In this document: positions 52,138 to 64,000 of the stretch, one piece after another
Layout of the letters: each line of letters begins with the position of its first letter
How positions within the stretch are numbered: the first letter of the stretch is position 1
From: Eledone cirrhosa
Lineage: Eukaryota
DNA length: 64,000 bases
Assembly (NCBI GenBank): GCA_964016885.1
Contig: OZ024747.1
Span: 81,282,001 to 81,346,000 of the forward strand
Direction of reading: 5' to 3'
Position numbers and translations under genes: made by a program
The notes under the pieces: model-generated
The model's database searches: none
Seen by the model: only the letters and a program-made list of their open reading frames with translations
Told to the model about the DNA's origin: nothing

Positions 52138-52540
52138 GAATCAACCTCTGTACTTGACTGGTATTGAAAGGCAAATTTGATCATGGCAAGATTCTAATTC
52201 AGGGCATAAATATCTGAAACAGGAACTACAAGACATCCTATGCATTGCTTATTGCTGTCTGACTCCAACTCAAATGTAAGTAAGAGGTTTGTAATCAAAG
52301 ATATTGCAGTCATGTCCACATGTCTCACTTTTGGGGTCAGTGGGTGGTATCTTGGTCAACATCTTATCAAACTTTTTATTGATTCTAAATAAACAAAAAC
52401 CAAAATTAATCTTAGTAATATATATATATATATAAACTAATATATATGATGAAACACAGATACCAACACATCTGTATTTATATTGCAAAAGAAAATTCAT
52501 TACACTTAATAATATATATATATATATATATACATATATA

Positions 52541-52652
52541 CTCAGTTAATGTGGTGTGATAAATATATACATATATAACAGGTCTAAACACAAGGGAACC
52601 AAACTCCCACTGTCACTGCCTCCATCTCTCCCACTCTCTCTATCTCTCACAC
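52541..52652 (-). mobile_element. Second 3' end of the CRE-like element (uninterrupted)
   Basis: TTAATGTGGTGTG..CAGGTC..AACTCCCACTGTCACTGCCT..CATCTCTCCCACTC matches 29572-29605 + 29817-29890. Confidence 0.65.
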
Positions 52653-52707
52653 AATTAGGTTTTAGCTGGAGCAAAACATCAACACTAACTAAACCATAAG
52701 AAAATAT

Positions 52708-52890
52708 TGATTTCTAATTAAGGCACAAAACCAGCAAATTTAAAGCATGGGCAGAGTTGATTAAATTAACTCCAGTACTTGACTCAAACATAATTTTATG
52801 AATCCCAGAAGGATAAAAGGAAAAGTTGACCATGGCAAGATTTGAATTCAGAAAGTAAAAAGCCAGAACATATATTGCAATAGCATTTTA
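52708..52890 (-). mobile_element. Degenerate Meta-like SINE (related copies ~30920-31070, 52140-52240 and plus strand 59610-59755)
   Basis: GAAGGATAAAAGGAAAAGTTGACC..GATTTGAATTCAG. Confidence 0.6.
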
Positions 52891-53762
52891 ACTGAAAACC
52901 ATAATCAAATATTAGCTTATCTCCTGACAAGAGAAGAAAAAAATCACTTTATATAGTGGAGTCAATAATTTTAAGGATGACATTTCAGGTATGACATTTA
53001 TCTACAGATACTGGTTAGCATATTTATGTTTGGCTTAAAGAGAGAAAGCTTTTGACAAAACTCACTTCATATGGAACAAGTGCGAAAGTCATGATATAGA
53101 TTAAGGATTTCTTGCTTGATAATATCAGCAAGTCTAAGTAATTTAAGTAATATGTATTCAATAGTGAAAGCATTATTATTAACTGTTCCATCTTCTGAAA
53201 ATATAAAATTCAGTGGTTTCAATTTATTTAGGATAAAAATGTAATTACAAATGCAAATAATATATACATTATTATTATGCTGCTAAAAAAGGGAAATATG
53301 ATAACAGTAATGAGGTTTCATTTGGTAATTCTAACACCCCAGTGGATATATAAAAACAATAATCGATAATGCTACCATCACATGTCCTAAATAAAACATT
53401 ACATAGGTGTTGTCTCATGTTAACTGGGAAGATATTGAGAGAGATGGACTGAAAGAGTCATTCCAATTCATAAGGCTTCTTTCTTGCAGATGGTTATCTG
53501 CATCTCCCTTGAAAGGAAGCTTCAATATAAATGGTTTATTTTTTTTCATATCTTTCAAACTTATTACTGGAGATATAACAATTGGAGCTGTCTAAAGTAT
53601 TTAAAGATGAATATATAAAGTATATTTTGTTTTCGCAAAGTGATTTGATTCTAAAACTGTAAATGTTTGAATGCGTTTGTGCATATATATATGTGTGATA
53701 TATGTGTGTGCGTGTGTGTATACAATATATATATATATATACATATAAATATAAATATATAA

Positions 53763-54106
53763 ATCATCATCATCATAATCATCATTTTACATCCGCTTTT
53801 CCCTGCTTGCAAGGGTGGGACGGGAACTGATTCTGGCTTGATTTCTACAGCTGGATGCCCTTCCTAACACCAACCTCATTTACAGTGGGTGCTGGGTGCT
53901 TTTTTTCTGTGGCACCTTCATGATCACTTTGCAGTGGAATGATAAAGACCGTAGTCCTATCATCTCCTTTCTACAGCTGAGTAAACTGGAGCAATGTGAA
54001 ATAAAGTGTCTTGCTCAAGGAAACAACACATCACCCGGTCTGAGAATTGAACTCACAATCTTTCAATTGTAAGGCCAATGCTCTAACCACTAAGCCATAT
54101 GCCTCC
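53763..54106 (-). mobile_element. Full-length tRNA/CORE SINE with RTE tail
   Basis: Reverse complement of 3409-3760. Confidence 0.9.
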
Positions 54107-54229
54107 AAATATAAATATATATATATATATATGAACACACATGTATTTAAAATGGTTCTAATTTGGTTGATATAGCTGGTGTATGTATTTTAATAATTAC
54201 TAATGTATTTTTGTACAAATAGGAAATGG

Positions 54230-54296
<67 letters not shown>

Positions 54297-54395
54297 TAAA
54301 GATTTACATATACATAAAGTCACAGATATATATGTGGCAACCGATCACGATGTTGCTCAATGAAGAATTAATAAATTAAATAATCAGAGCAATAT

Positions 54396-54548
54396 ATCAT
54401 AAAACATGTCCTTAGAATTATTAGATAAAATATATACCATTTCCTCTCCCAATTAGCATAATTAACCATATAAAAAATCAATTAGACCAGGCTATGGGAG
54501 AGGAAATGGTATATATTTTATGTAATAATTCTAAGGACATGATTTATG

Positions 54549-54550
<2 letters not shown>
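54396..54550. repeat. ~55-bp inverted repeat next to (TA)n
   Basis: ATCATAAAACATGTCCTTAGAATTATTAGATAAAATATATACCATTTCCTCTCCCA / TGGGAGAGGAAATGGTATATATTTTATGTAATAATTCTAAGGACATGATTTATGAT. Confidence 0.8.
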
Positions 54551-54581
<31 letters not shown>

Positions 54582-54893
54582 GTTTTTGTTTCTGATAAAA
54601 CTATAGCATTTTATTACCCTTCCAACCATTTCAAAAGTGGTATACTTTGTGATGTTTATAGGCCTATTATGCATTATTGCATCATGTAATTTTTTGCTCT
54701 TATTTTTTAATATCATATTATATTGAATTTGTATATGAATAAGTACTATTTAAAATGTTAGGCTAAATAAATATGCAACACCCCACCCACAAAAATATGT
54801 TTAAGTCTGTATATACGTCTTTGTCAAAATCATTAATTACATATTGTGAAGGAAAACTATGAACAAATTTTTGAAATCCGTAGTTGTTTAATG

Positions 54894-54945
<52 letters not shown>

Positions 54946-55976
54946 TTAAAAGGTTTTTCACTCTAATACTTAGAAATATATATATATATACATGTATGCG
55001 GATTTATATATATATATACATATATATCTATAAGAAGGTATTTAGTATATATACATTTGAGAGTGAATGAGGGAATAGAGTGACAAAGGTTTACATTAAT
55101 TATTTCATACACTTAACATGTAAGCATGACTTTAGGTTTCAAAACCCATTTATGGCTGCCACTGAGGATAAGCCATTTCAAAAGTGGCCTCTCACTGGGC
55201 ACCAGGACAAAATTTTGAATATACTCAATAAATTCTCTTGCTATAAATAGGTTGAGCATTATTTTCCTTGACCTTTTATCAATGGATATCCTGCATATAT
55301 ATATATATTTATATATATATATTGCCATTTTTGCAACTAATTTTTAATGACTTATTGAAGTTGCTCCCCACTGAGGTTGAGTTGCCTGCAACATACTTCA
55401 TCTTCTGTCACGGAAATCTCATTCTTTCACCACTGCCATCACATTATTCAGATATTGTTAGTCAGTGGCTCTCCATCTCTTTTTTGCAATAAGGCATCTA
55501 ATTTCCTTTCCATATCACCCACTCTGTGTCCCTTGGTTTTGTTTCTGTGTCTATTTGATCATTTCATTCTTCGTCACATATTGTTTGATATAAATATCAC
55601 ACATTCTTTTATTTATTTTGTCATCGTCATGTAATTTTATGTAAGTTTCATTTCATTTTGTATCATTTTCATTATTGCATTCTATACTGTTTTTATCTCA
55701 TTTCTCATCATTTAAAATACTCCAGGACAGTGTTTAACTATCTTGTTAAACATTGTGACTCCAAATAGTCTATCTCTAATATCGAAGTCTATCTCTAATA
55801 TCGATGGTGGTTGAAACTTTGTAAGGCCATTTCAACAGCCAATCACCAAGGAGTTATTTGTCCTGTTCATGTTACCATCTATATATACCATCTATATATA
55901 CCATCTAGTCCTTTATTCTTTCATTCCTGTAGTTCTGTCTGTTTTCACAGTATCTGTTGCCATTTTTCAATTATAT

Positions 55977-56027
<51 letters not shown>

Positions 56028-56216
56028 ATAAGGAAAGAAATTATATATATATATAATAAGGAAAGAAATTTAAAATGCAACTGGAGTCTTTTAAGAATAT
56101 TTATTTATTTACTTTACCAGTTTAACAGTTTTATGCTTTTCAGAAGTAACATTGAGATGGAGGGTTTGTGTTTCTGTTGTAGTTTGTCTCATATATATAT
56201 ATATATATATATATAT

Positions 56217-56355
56217 CACTCTATCTGATTGATCAACAAGATCCCAGACCTCATTCTCTTGCCGAATGGGGTGGATCTCATCAAATCAGACCAAGCAAGC
56301 AATGTTTCTGTTGGTCTTTCCATTGGTATTCCTATCTACCGGTCGCAACTACTGG

Positions 56356-56356
<1 letters not shown>
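56217..56356 (-). repeat. Short dispersed repeat in (TA)n, related to 36986-37070
   Basis: AGTTG(C/T)GACCG..TGGAAAGACC..GAAACATTG..CTTGGTC(T/C)GATTTGA(T/C)GA shared. Confidence 0.55.
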
Positions 56357-56399
<43 letters not shown>

Positions 56400-58659
56400 A
56401 ATACACACATACACACACATAATTAGTCTTTTTGACATTAGTTGCAATAAATGTTTTGACACTAACTTGATTATTGTTTTTCGTGCAGATAGCATCTCTG
56501 AATTAAATCCTTCGGTGATATATTTTTAAAATAATCAATCAAATGTTTTCTGCCATAATTTACCATATGCCAAATTTTACATGGGTTAGTTTTGTGTGGG
56601 TCCACATATATTAGTATTGATGATACTATTATAAATCTGGTCAACTCTGGTAATGTAGGCCTTTCAAAAAGACTATCTTCCCTTTAGCATATCTGAGCTG
56701 ATGGATGTTGGATATAATCTTTGAGTTCAGTTGGTCTCACTTAGAAATCCAAGAAGAAGACGAAAGTGTTTGACCTATTTAAATATAGCTAGGTAGTGAT
56801 TTTCGATCTTTTACCATCCATACCATAGTGAATAAGACACACACATTGTACTTTGCTGCTAAGTGATACATTTATGGACGATATGTAACACACAAGTGTG
56901 ATATGGTGTAGCAGGGGGAAATTTAGTTGAGATTTTACTGTTATATCTAGCAAGCTGAGTGAGCATGAAGTGGAGCCCACATTAATGGTTTGGTTATGGT
57001 TGCTGAGAGTGAAGACTGTATTGCTGTAAATCATGAAGTATTTACTCTTGTTTTGGGAAGGATTCTAAGACCCAGTGCCGCATTTAGGACAAATGAGGTC
57101 CCAAACCTTTGAAAGATTCATTGTAAAATATTTTTTGGCAGGAAGATGGGCACCCCCTGGCCAACCTAACCTGGTAAATCCAGCATAGCTAAGACCACAT
57201 ACCCTTTCATTTGTTGAAAGTGATATTTGTTGGTATTTTCAAATATTCAATGTCACTAAATTAAATTTTCTGAAACACAAAATCATTGCTTAAAACCATT
57301 AATATTGCCATTACCATACTTCTAATTAAAATAATTTGTATTATAATTAACTAATGAAGAATTTGGGAAGGTAAAATTATAATTTCATTATGATGGTATT
57401 GTAACATAACAACATCTTAGATAAAATTATGTTAGAATGTTTTAATTTAAGTAGGAATTCTTTAAAATGGGTGACTTCACTTTATAGAAGATGTGGTTTT
57501 AGGTGGCTTGATATCACAGTGGTTAAGATGGGAACAGAAGAAAGTGAAGATATTAGAAACATAATGAGAACAATGAAACAAAAAGACACTTCAAGTGTAA
57601 CAGAAAAATGATAATGAAAGCAGAAGAGAAGAAGGCATTTGAATAAGAAAGAAAATAAAGTAAAAGATAAGGGGAAAAAAATGAATAAAAGAGTAAGATT
57701 AGTAACAGAGTAAAGAGACAGATATAGCTGAGGAGGAAAATATATTAGGTTAATAGACACAACGTATATATTCTTTTTGAGCTTGTTATGTCTGTGTCTG
57801 TTCAAGCAAGTGTAAAGGTATTTTCTGGCCACAATTGATGTTCGCTACACACTTACATTGAATTATATCTTATAATATTCTAGCATTCTTTTATCTTGTA
57901 ATATTTATTCATATACTCTTGAAAATATTAGAAGCAACATAAAATATTAGAAACAGCATAAAACAGTAGAAATAGCATAATCATTGCAGTTAAATTATTA
58001 ATCTACTTTAAAAAAAAAAACAAGAACATGAAATACATCTAAGGTTTGGCAGTTAACCGAGCTTATGAATTATATTTCAAATCATATATCAAAGAAAATA
58101 TTATCGCTAAATTAAACATATACATATATTTACATACTTGTATACATATTTTTATAAAATCATTCTGTACATATATTCCTCAAATGTCTATAAATGTATA
58201 CAAATACCCACACATTTTCACATACTCACATTATATGTAATATAGATGTAAACCTAAAATTAAATTTGTCTGTTCTACACACATACAAACACACACTTAC
58301 ATCCACATACATACATGCAAAGTAAATGTATCTCCATTGATTTTACCAAAATGAATTCAGTTGTTTGATCAATTGCTCATTGAATTAACATGTATATGGC
58401 TGAGTATTCCACAGACACATTTACCATAATCGCAAGGCAGACACAGTGTGACACAATGTATCATATAACTAAGCTTTTGAATTGCACGTGCAGTTGCAGT
58501 CCATCTGAAGAGCTTTCTCTCTCTCTAGTTTCACTTACACAAGTTGGATCAGAGCAGGGTTATGGTAAAAGACAATAACTTAAAATGTATTTCATTAGAA
58601 ACAAACCAGGGAGCTTATGAATGTGAATTAAACTTGTCATGTTGTGTTCATTTATATAT

Positions 58660-59040
58660 ATATAATTCAAGCGAAGAAAGTTGGTTGATAAAATAATCCA
58701 CCGACTTTCGTCATAAACAGATGTAAAGCACTCTACGACTTGTGTTCCTTAAAGTATTATCAATAAAGTACAACTGGAGTGTCAATATTATAAAGAAGAG
58801 GGACGGTTTTAAATGCACATCCTCTGTTTATTACATAATTCTGTTATACATATTTTGAAGACATCAAAGTGATTGAATAACAACCCTGTGATGTGTTCTA
58901 TTCAGACAGGTGCAAAGTTGTAGTGGTTTTGTTTTTGATAGGCTACTGTATTTAGGAACGTATTGGTAGTAGTCCACTCCAGTAGACATATAATAAAAAT
59001 AGGATGTACATTTAAAACCAACTCTCTTCTTTATAATATA
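58660..59040. mobile_element. Unclassified (TA)n-flanked element with 39-bp inverted repeat
   Basis: ATATTATAAAGAAGAGGGACGGTTTTAAATGCACATCCT (58785-58823) vs AGGATGTACATTTAAAACCAACTCTCTTCTTTATAATAT (59001-59039). Confidence 0.5.
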
Positions 59041-60899
59041 TATATATAGAATATTCTTTTAATATGCAGTATGTCCAATTAGATATTCTTGAGACTTTGT
59101 TTGAATAATCGATTTGGCTAACTGGGGTTTGACTGTCGTGCTAAATATATAGCCTACCTATTTATATATCTGCTTATATCTCAGTCAGATTACCCATATG
59201 TAAAGATATTTGACTACCAATTAAATGCAAGACTGTTTCATTGGAATTTAACATAATTTTGAACACAGCTATATGGAACTATAGTGGGTTCAAATGAGGA
59301 TAATTTGAATATCATACATTGTTACACTTATGAATTCAACTTGTAGTTACAATTTTTTTAACTTTGTTTTTATTCCTTAGAAATGTATGCTTATATCAGA
59401 TGGATAAAGAGATATATTTACCTCCCTGTAAATTTTGAAATATTCATATTTATGTAAAAATACTCCATCAAAATTTTATGTAAGAATAGCTTGTTAAGTT
59501 ATGTTGAAAACACCAACTTAACTGAGCAATTGAGAAAGTGTTCAATCAAAGTAAGCTATACAGGAGTATATATGTCTTTGCTTACGTATGTATCTATGTC
59601 TATGTTTATGTCCTGTAACCTTCAACAAAACAAGATTGACACAATGAGTAACCAGACTTGACAAAGTAAGTACTGGGGTTGATAAAGTCAACTAAAATAC
59701 CTCAGAGATAGTGCCCCACTATGGTTGCAGTCTAACAACTGTAACCAGTAAAAGAGGAAAAAGAAAAGAATCATTTATTATAAAGAGTTCTTGTTGGTAG
59801 CAGTAATGAGATGTAACATCACATGGTACCTTAACATTTAAATGACCTGACAGTGACAGAGTTATATTGTTGACAAATTATGAACTACCAATCCATTTGT
59901 TGCCAGCTTGATGCCTCTCTCAGCTGTTCCAGAGACATCACATCACAGGCATTTCAAAAGAGACATGTGAAAACCCCCAAACCTCATGCATTAGCAAGTT
60001 TGGCATGACAGCAGTACAAACTATCAATTCCCTCTTCATGGCATAATGTTGAATACATGCCGAAATGAGAAAGAGTTAGCCAGTGGTATTGAAGAAATAA
60101 GACGATAATGGAAGAAAATCACTGTGTGTGTGTGTGTGTGTGTGTGTGCGTGCGAGTGCATGTGAGTGTGTGTATGTGTGATTCTGTGTCTCTCTATGTC
60201 TGAATATATCTGTGTGCATGCACTTGCATGTGTGCTTGATTTTCAGTTTGTGGCAATAAGCCAATGAGTTTCTAATGGTTTGTGTTTCTTAAAGACAGTT
60301 TGGCAATAATTGTTTGAATTAGCTTTGATCTGACTAAAGCGGCTTAAGCTGGACATTAAATGGACACTCTTTCTTTAATTTACTAATCCCATATTTAATC
60401 CATGCCAGCATATATGAACAAATGTATATATGTATTAAGTTACAGACAATGATGATGATAATCTGTATATTGATAATAATGATAATAAAATTAATTTTTG
60501 TTGATATTGATAATATGAAATAATGAAAAGGAAGGAAAAGGATAAAAAGTATTTTGTTTCAATGAAATCCAAGACAGGGAATCATTAATACCCCCCCCCA
60601 CCCCCACACACATACACACAGCCAACAATTTCTAGTGAGACAACTACAAGAGACGTTATTAGTAAACCACTTCACCTAACATTTATTGATATGAAGGTCA
60701 TGAATACGGTTCCACACATAGTTGTCTGTTAGTCACAGAGAAACTATGAGTACATGACCAGCTTGTGAGAGCTGTGCAAGTCAAGTATAGGCATGTTATC
60801 AGCAAGGTGGGAGTTGGCAATGCATTCATTGAGGAATTTAGCATGCATGGTAGGGTTCCTAGCTAACTTCTGTTTTTCTAAATATTTTTCAGGGGAATA

Positions 60900-61845
60900 A
60901 GAGAAAAGTTTTAGATGAGATGTATGTGAGAACACCTGTATCTTGATGATCCACAAATCATTTTAGCTGATTCTTAATAAGCATAGCTTGAGTAGATGTA
61001 ATGTTTGCCATAGCAAGAATGTCAATGTCTGGAATGAATGTGTTCCAACTTATTTTGAGTATATGCTGGATGCATTGTTGGTGAACCTGCTCCAACATTT
61101 CAACATGCTGTTTGTACAACGTCCATACCTCAGATGAATGCAATAGTATGGAGAGTACAAATGTGACGTATACAGCAATCTTAGTCTACAATTTAATGTG
61201 ACATTGTGACCAGACTTTAATTTCTAGTCCACCAAAGGCTTTTGTTACCTTTTGTATACTAGATGTGATTTCTGTGCCCAATTTGCCATCAGCTTGTATC
61301 GTACTACTAAGGTATTCAAAAGAAGTCACCATTTAGCATTGTACCCTTAACAAGGATTCAAGGTGCAGTTATCTGCTCCCCAGGAGAAGGTTGATGCATT
61401 ACAACAGCCTTTTTCAGATTAATTACAAGACCGAATACATCACAAACAGCATCAAAATCACTGATAAAGTTTTGAAAGCCCTCCTCTGTATAACTTATTA
61501 GGTCACAGTCATCTGCATGTAGAAGTCATGGATCAATGAAGTGAAGACTTTAGAGTTAAATCTCATTCTAGTCAAATTGAACATACGGCCTAAAGAGAAA
61601 TATTGGATAAAAAATCCATCTGTTTATGTTACAAAAGCACTTGACAACATCGCTGCAAAATAGTGAAGAGTTTTGGTGCTTCAAGGTTGCTGTGCTTTAC
61701 TCCATCTTTCACTGCGAACGGTTCTGAAAGAGTACCACCAAAACTAATATGGACCTTCATATCTTTATGGAATGTCTTAATTAGATTCACAATATTTACT
61801 AGTGGAAGTGGATGAATACATGAATGGGTCATGCCACAGTCTATG
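60900..61845 (-). mobile_element. Ancient RTE-BovB-like LINE fossil
   Basis: Fragments FHKDMKVHISFGGTLSEPFAVKDGVK..APKLFTI and SEVWTLYKQH..LEQVHQQCIQHILKISW; many stops and frameshifts. Confidence 0.8.
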
Positions 61846-61866
61846 GAATATGTGTGTGTGCATATA

Positions 61867-61921
<55 letters not shown>

Positions 61922-62550
61922 GATATGTTGGTTTTTGGTGATCGTACCAATATTATCACTGAATGCTAAAGCAGAGGTGTATAATTTAAGTTTAGTATGA
62001 ATTTTATATTGTTGATAATCAATAAAAACATTCATGTGAAACTGCATCCCATTTAGTTTAATATATATATATATGTATAACCATATATATACTTCCACAT
62101 CTATAGGTATACAGAAAGAGATATAGAGATATGTCTGTAGACAGATAGTGTGAGAAAAATACACATATATATGTTAGATATTCACAATTCTAGATAACAA
62201 TTTCACAACCCTAAGACAAATAATTTTGAAATATCGTCTGCAGGTTTATGCATCTTTGAACTGAGAAGTGTCAAAAATATTGATTTTGTCCCTTGTAAGT
62301 GTTCCTATTTCATTGTGAAATGAGAAATTGTTAGAAATGTGTCAAACAAATTTAGCTATGAATGCTGTAGTTATTCCCTTCATCTCTCACTGGTGGAAAT
62401 TAAAGTTCCCTGATACAGGTAAAATATATTCGATGAGGGTCTTTGCAAATAAGGTTCCTGAGTAACAATGTCAACCAGATTATTTTGTTTATATGTCCTA
62501 CTATCCTACTGGAATGTCCGGCTACCTGAATTCGGGATGATTATATATAT

Positions 62551-62758
62551 TGGTGAATCCTGGGTTCAATTGCAGCTAACCATAGTAAGTTAAGTACTCA
62601 GTATATTAATAGAGCATATACAACAAACTTAATAAACACAATAGCTTCTACAGGACTAGAACTGTTTCATTCGAAGGAAATCTTCAGGAAAGCCCTGATA
62701 ATTTCCTTTGAATGAAACAGTTATTATCATGTAGAAGGTATTTCTATATTAAATTTGT
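62551..62758. mobile_element. Family C fold-back hammerhead element
   Basis: Minus strand GGCTTTC CTGAAGA TTTC cttc GAAT GAAA CAG..CTG TA GAAGCT at 62644-62694; inverted degenerate copy 62694-62755. Confidence 0.72.
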
Positions 62759-62789
62759 TATATATATATATAATATATATGCATACATC

Positions 62790-62827
<38 letters not shown>

Positions 62828-63002
62828 AAAACAAATAACGAAACGAAATTAGATTTCGTTTCGTTTGTAACTCACTTTTGTATGACTGACGAAAAAACTT
62901 GGTACATCTACATATGTATACGTGTGTGTATTCATATACATACTAGTATTTCAGTATACATATATGGATGTACATCTTTAACTTAATTATATATATATAT
63001 AT

Positions 63003-63250
63003 ATATTTATTAACATAACATATTAAAGTTTAAGCAAAGAAGATCCTGTTAAGGGTGAAATCAGCGATTCTTTGCTTAAACTTTAATATGTTATTTTAAT
63101 AAATATTTGCTCTACGGTTCTTATATATTTAATATATATTTATCCTTATCAAGCCCTCTTTGGATTTTAGTTTTCAAATTTATTATTATTACTATATATA
63201 TAGTTATAATAATAAAGTTGAAAACTAAAATCCGAGGTATGTCCATAGAA
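63003..63250 (+). mobile_element. Fold-back element with hammerhead remnant in the loop plus a second hairpin
   Basis: Arms 63003-63041 / 63068-63106 enclose GAAGA TCCT gtta AGGG T GAAA TC agc GA TT; second palindrome 63160-63235. Confidence 0.65.
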
Positions 63251-63475
63251 AATATATATATATGTATATATAAATGTATATATATATATGTTTGTATATA
63301 TATATACACACATATATATATATACGCATATATATATACATATATATATACACATATATATATATACATATATATATATATACACATATATATATATGTG
63401 TATATATATTTATATGTATATATATATGTGTAGATATATATATATATATGTGTAGATATATATATATATATGTGT

Positions 63476-63905
<430 letters not shown>

Positions 63906-64000
63906 TATCTGTATATATATATATATGTGTGTATATATATATATATATGTGTGTGTATATATATATATATATATGTGTGTGTATATATATATATATATAT

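Overview
Very AT-rich, repeat-saturated eukaryotic DNA, not prokaryotic. The dense (TA)n arrays, mollusc-type 5S rRNA copy and tRNA/CORE and Meta-type SINEs suggest an octopod cephalopod (inference). I cannot support any host protein-coding gene. The window contains three near-identical, 5'-truncated RTE-clade LINE copies, plus a diverged fourth, whose ORF carries a PHD finger directly after the RT core. It also has many orphan LINE tails, partner SINEs, TTAA-flanked MITEs, a CRE-like retrotransposon remnant, older RTE fossils and a 5S rRNA retropseudogene. The most interesting signal is a set of at least six different families of short elements sitting in (TA)n tracts. They carry minimal type-I hammerhead ribozyme cores (CUGANGA-stem II-GAAA-stem III-NUH), and most are folded back into palindromes centred at or near the ribozyme. 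One is attached to a Penelope-type GIY-YIG C-terminus with an inverted pseudo-LTR, which points to a Penelope-like/retrozyme-like system. All alignments and folds were done by eye, so coordinates may be off by a few bases.
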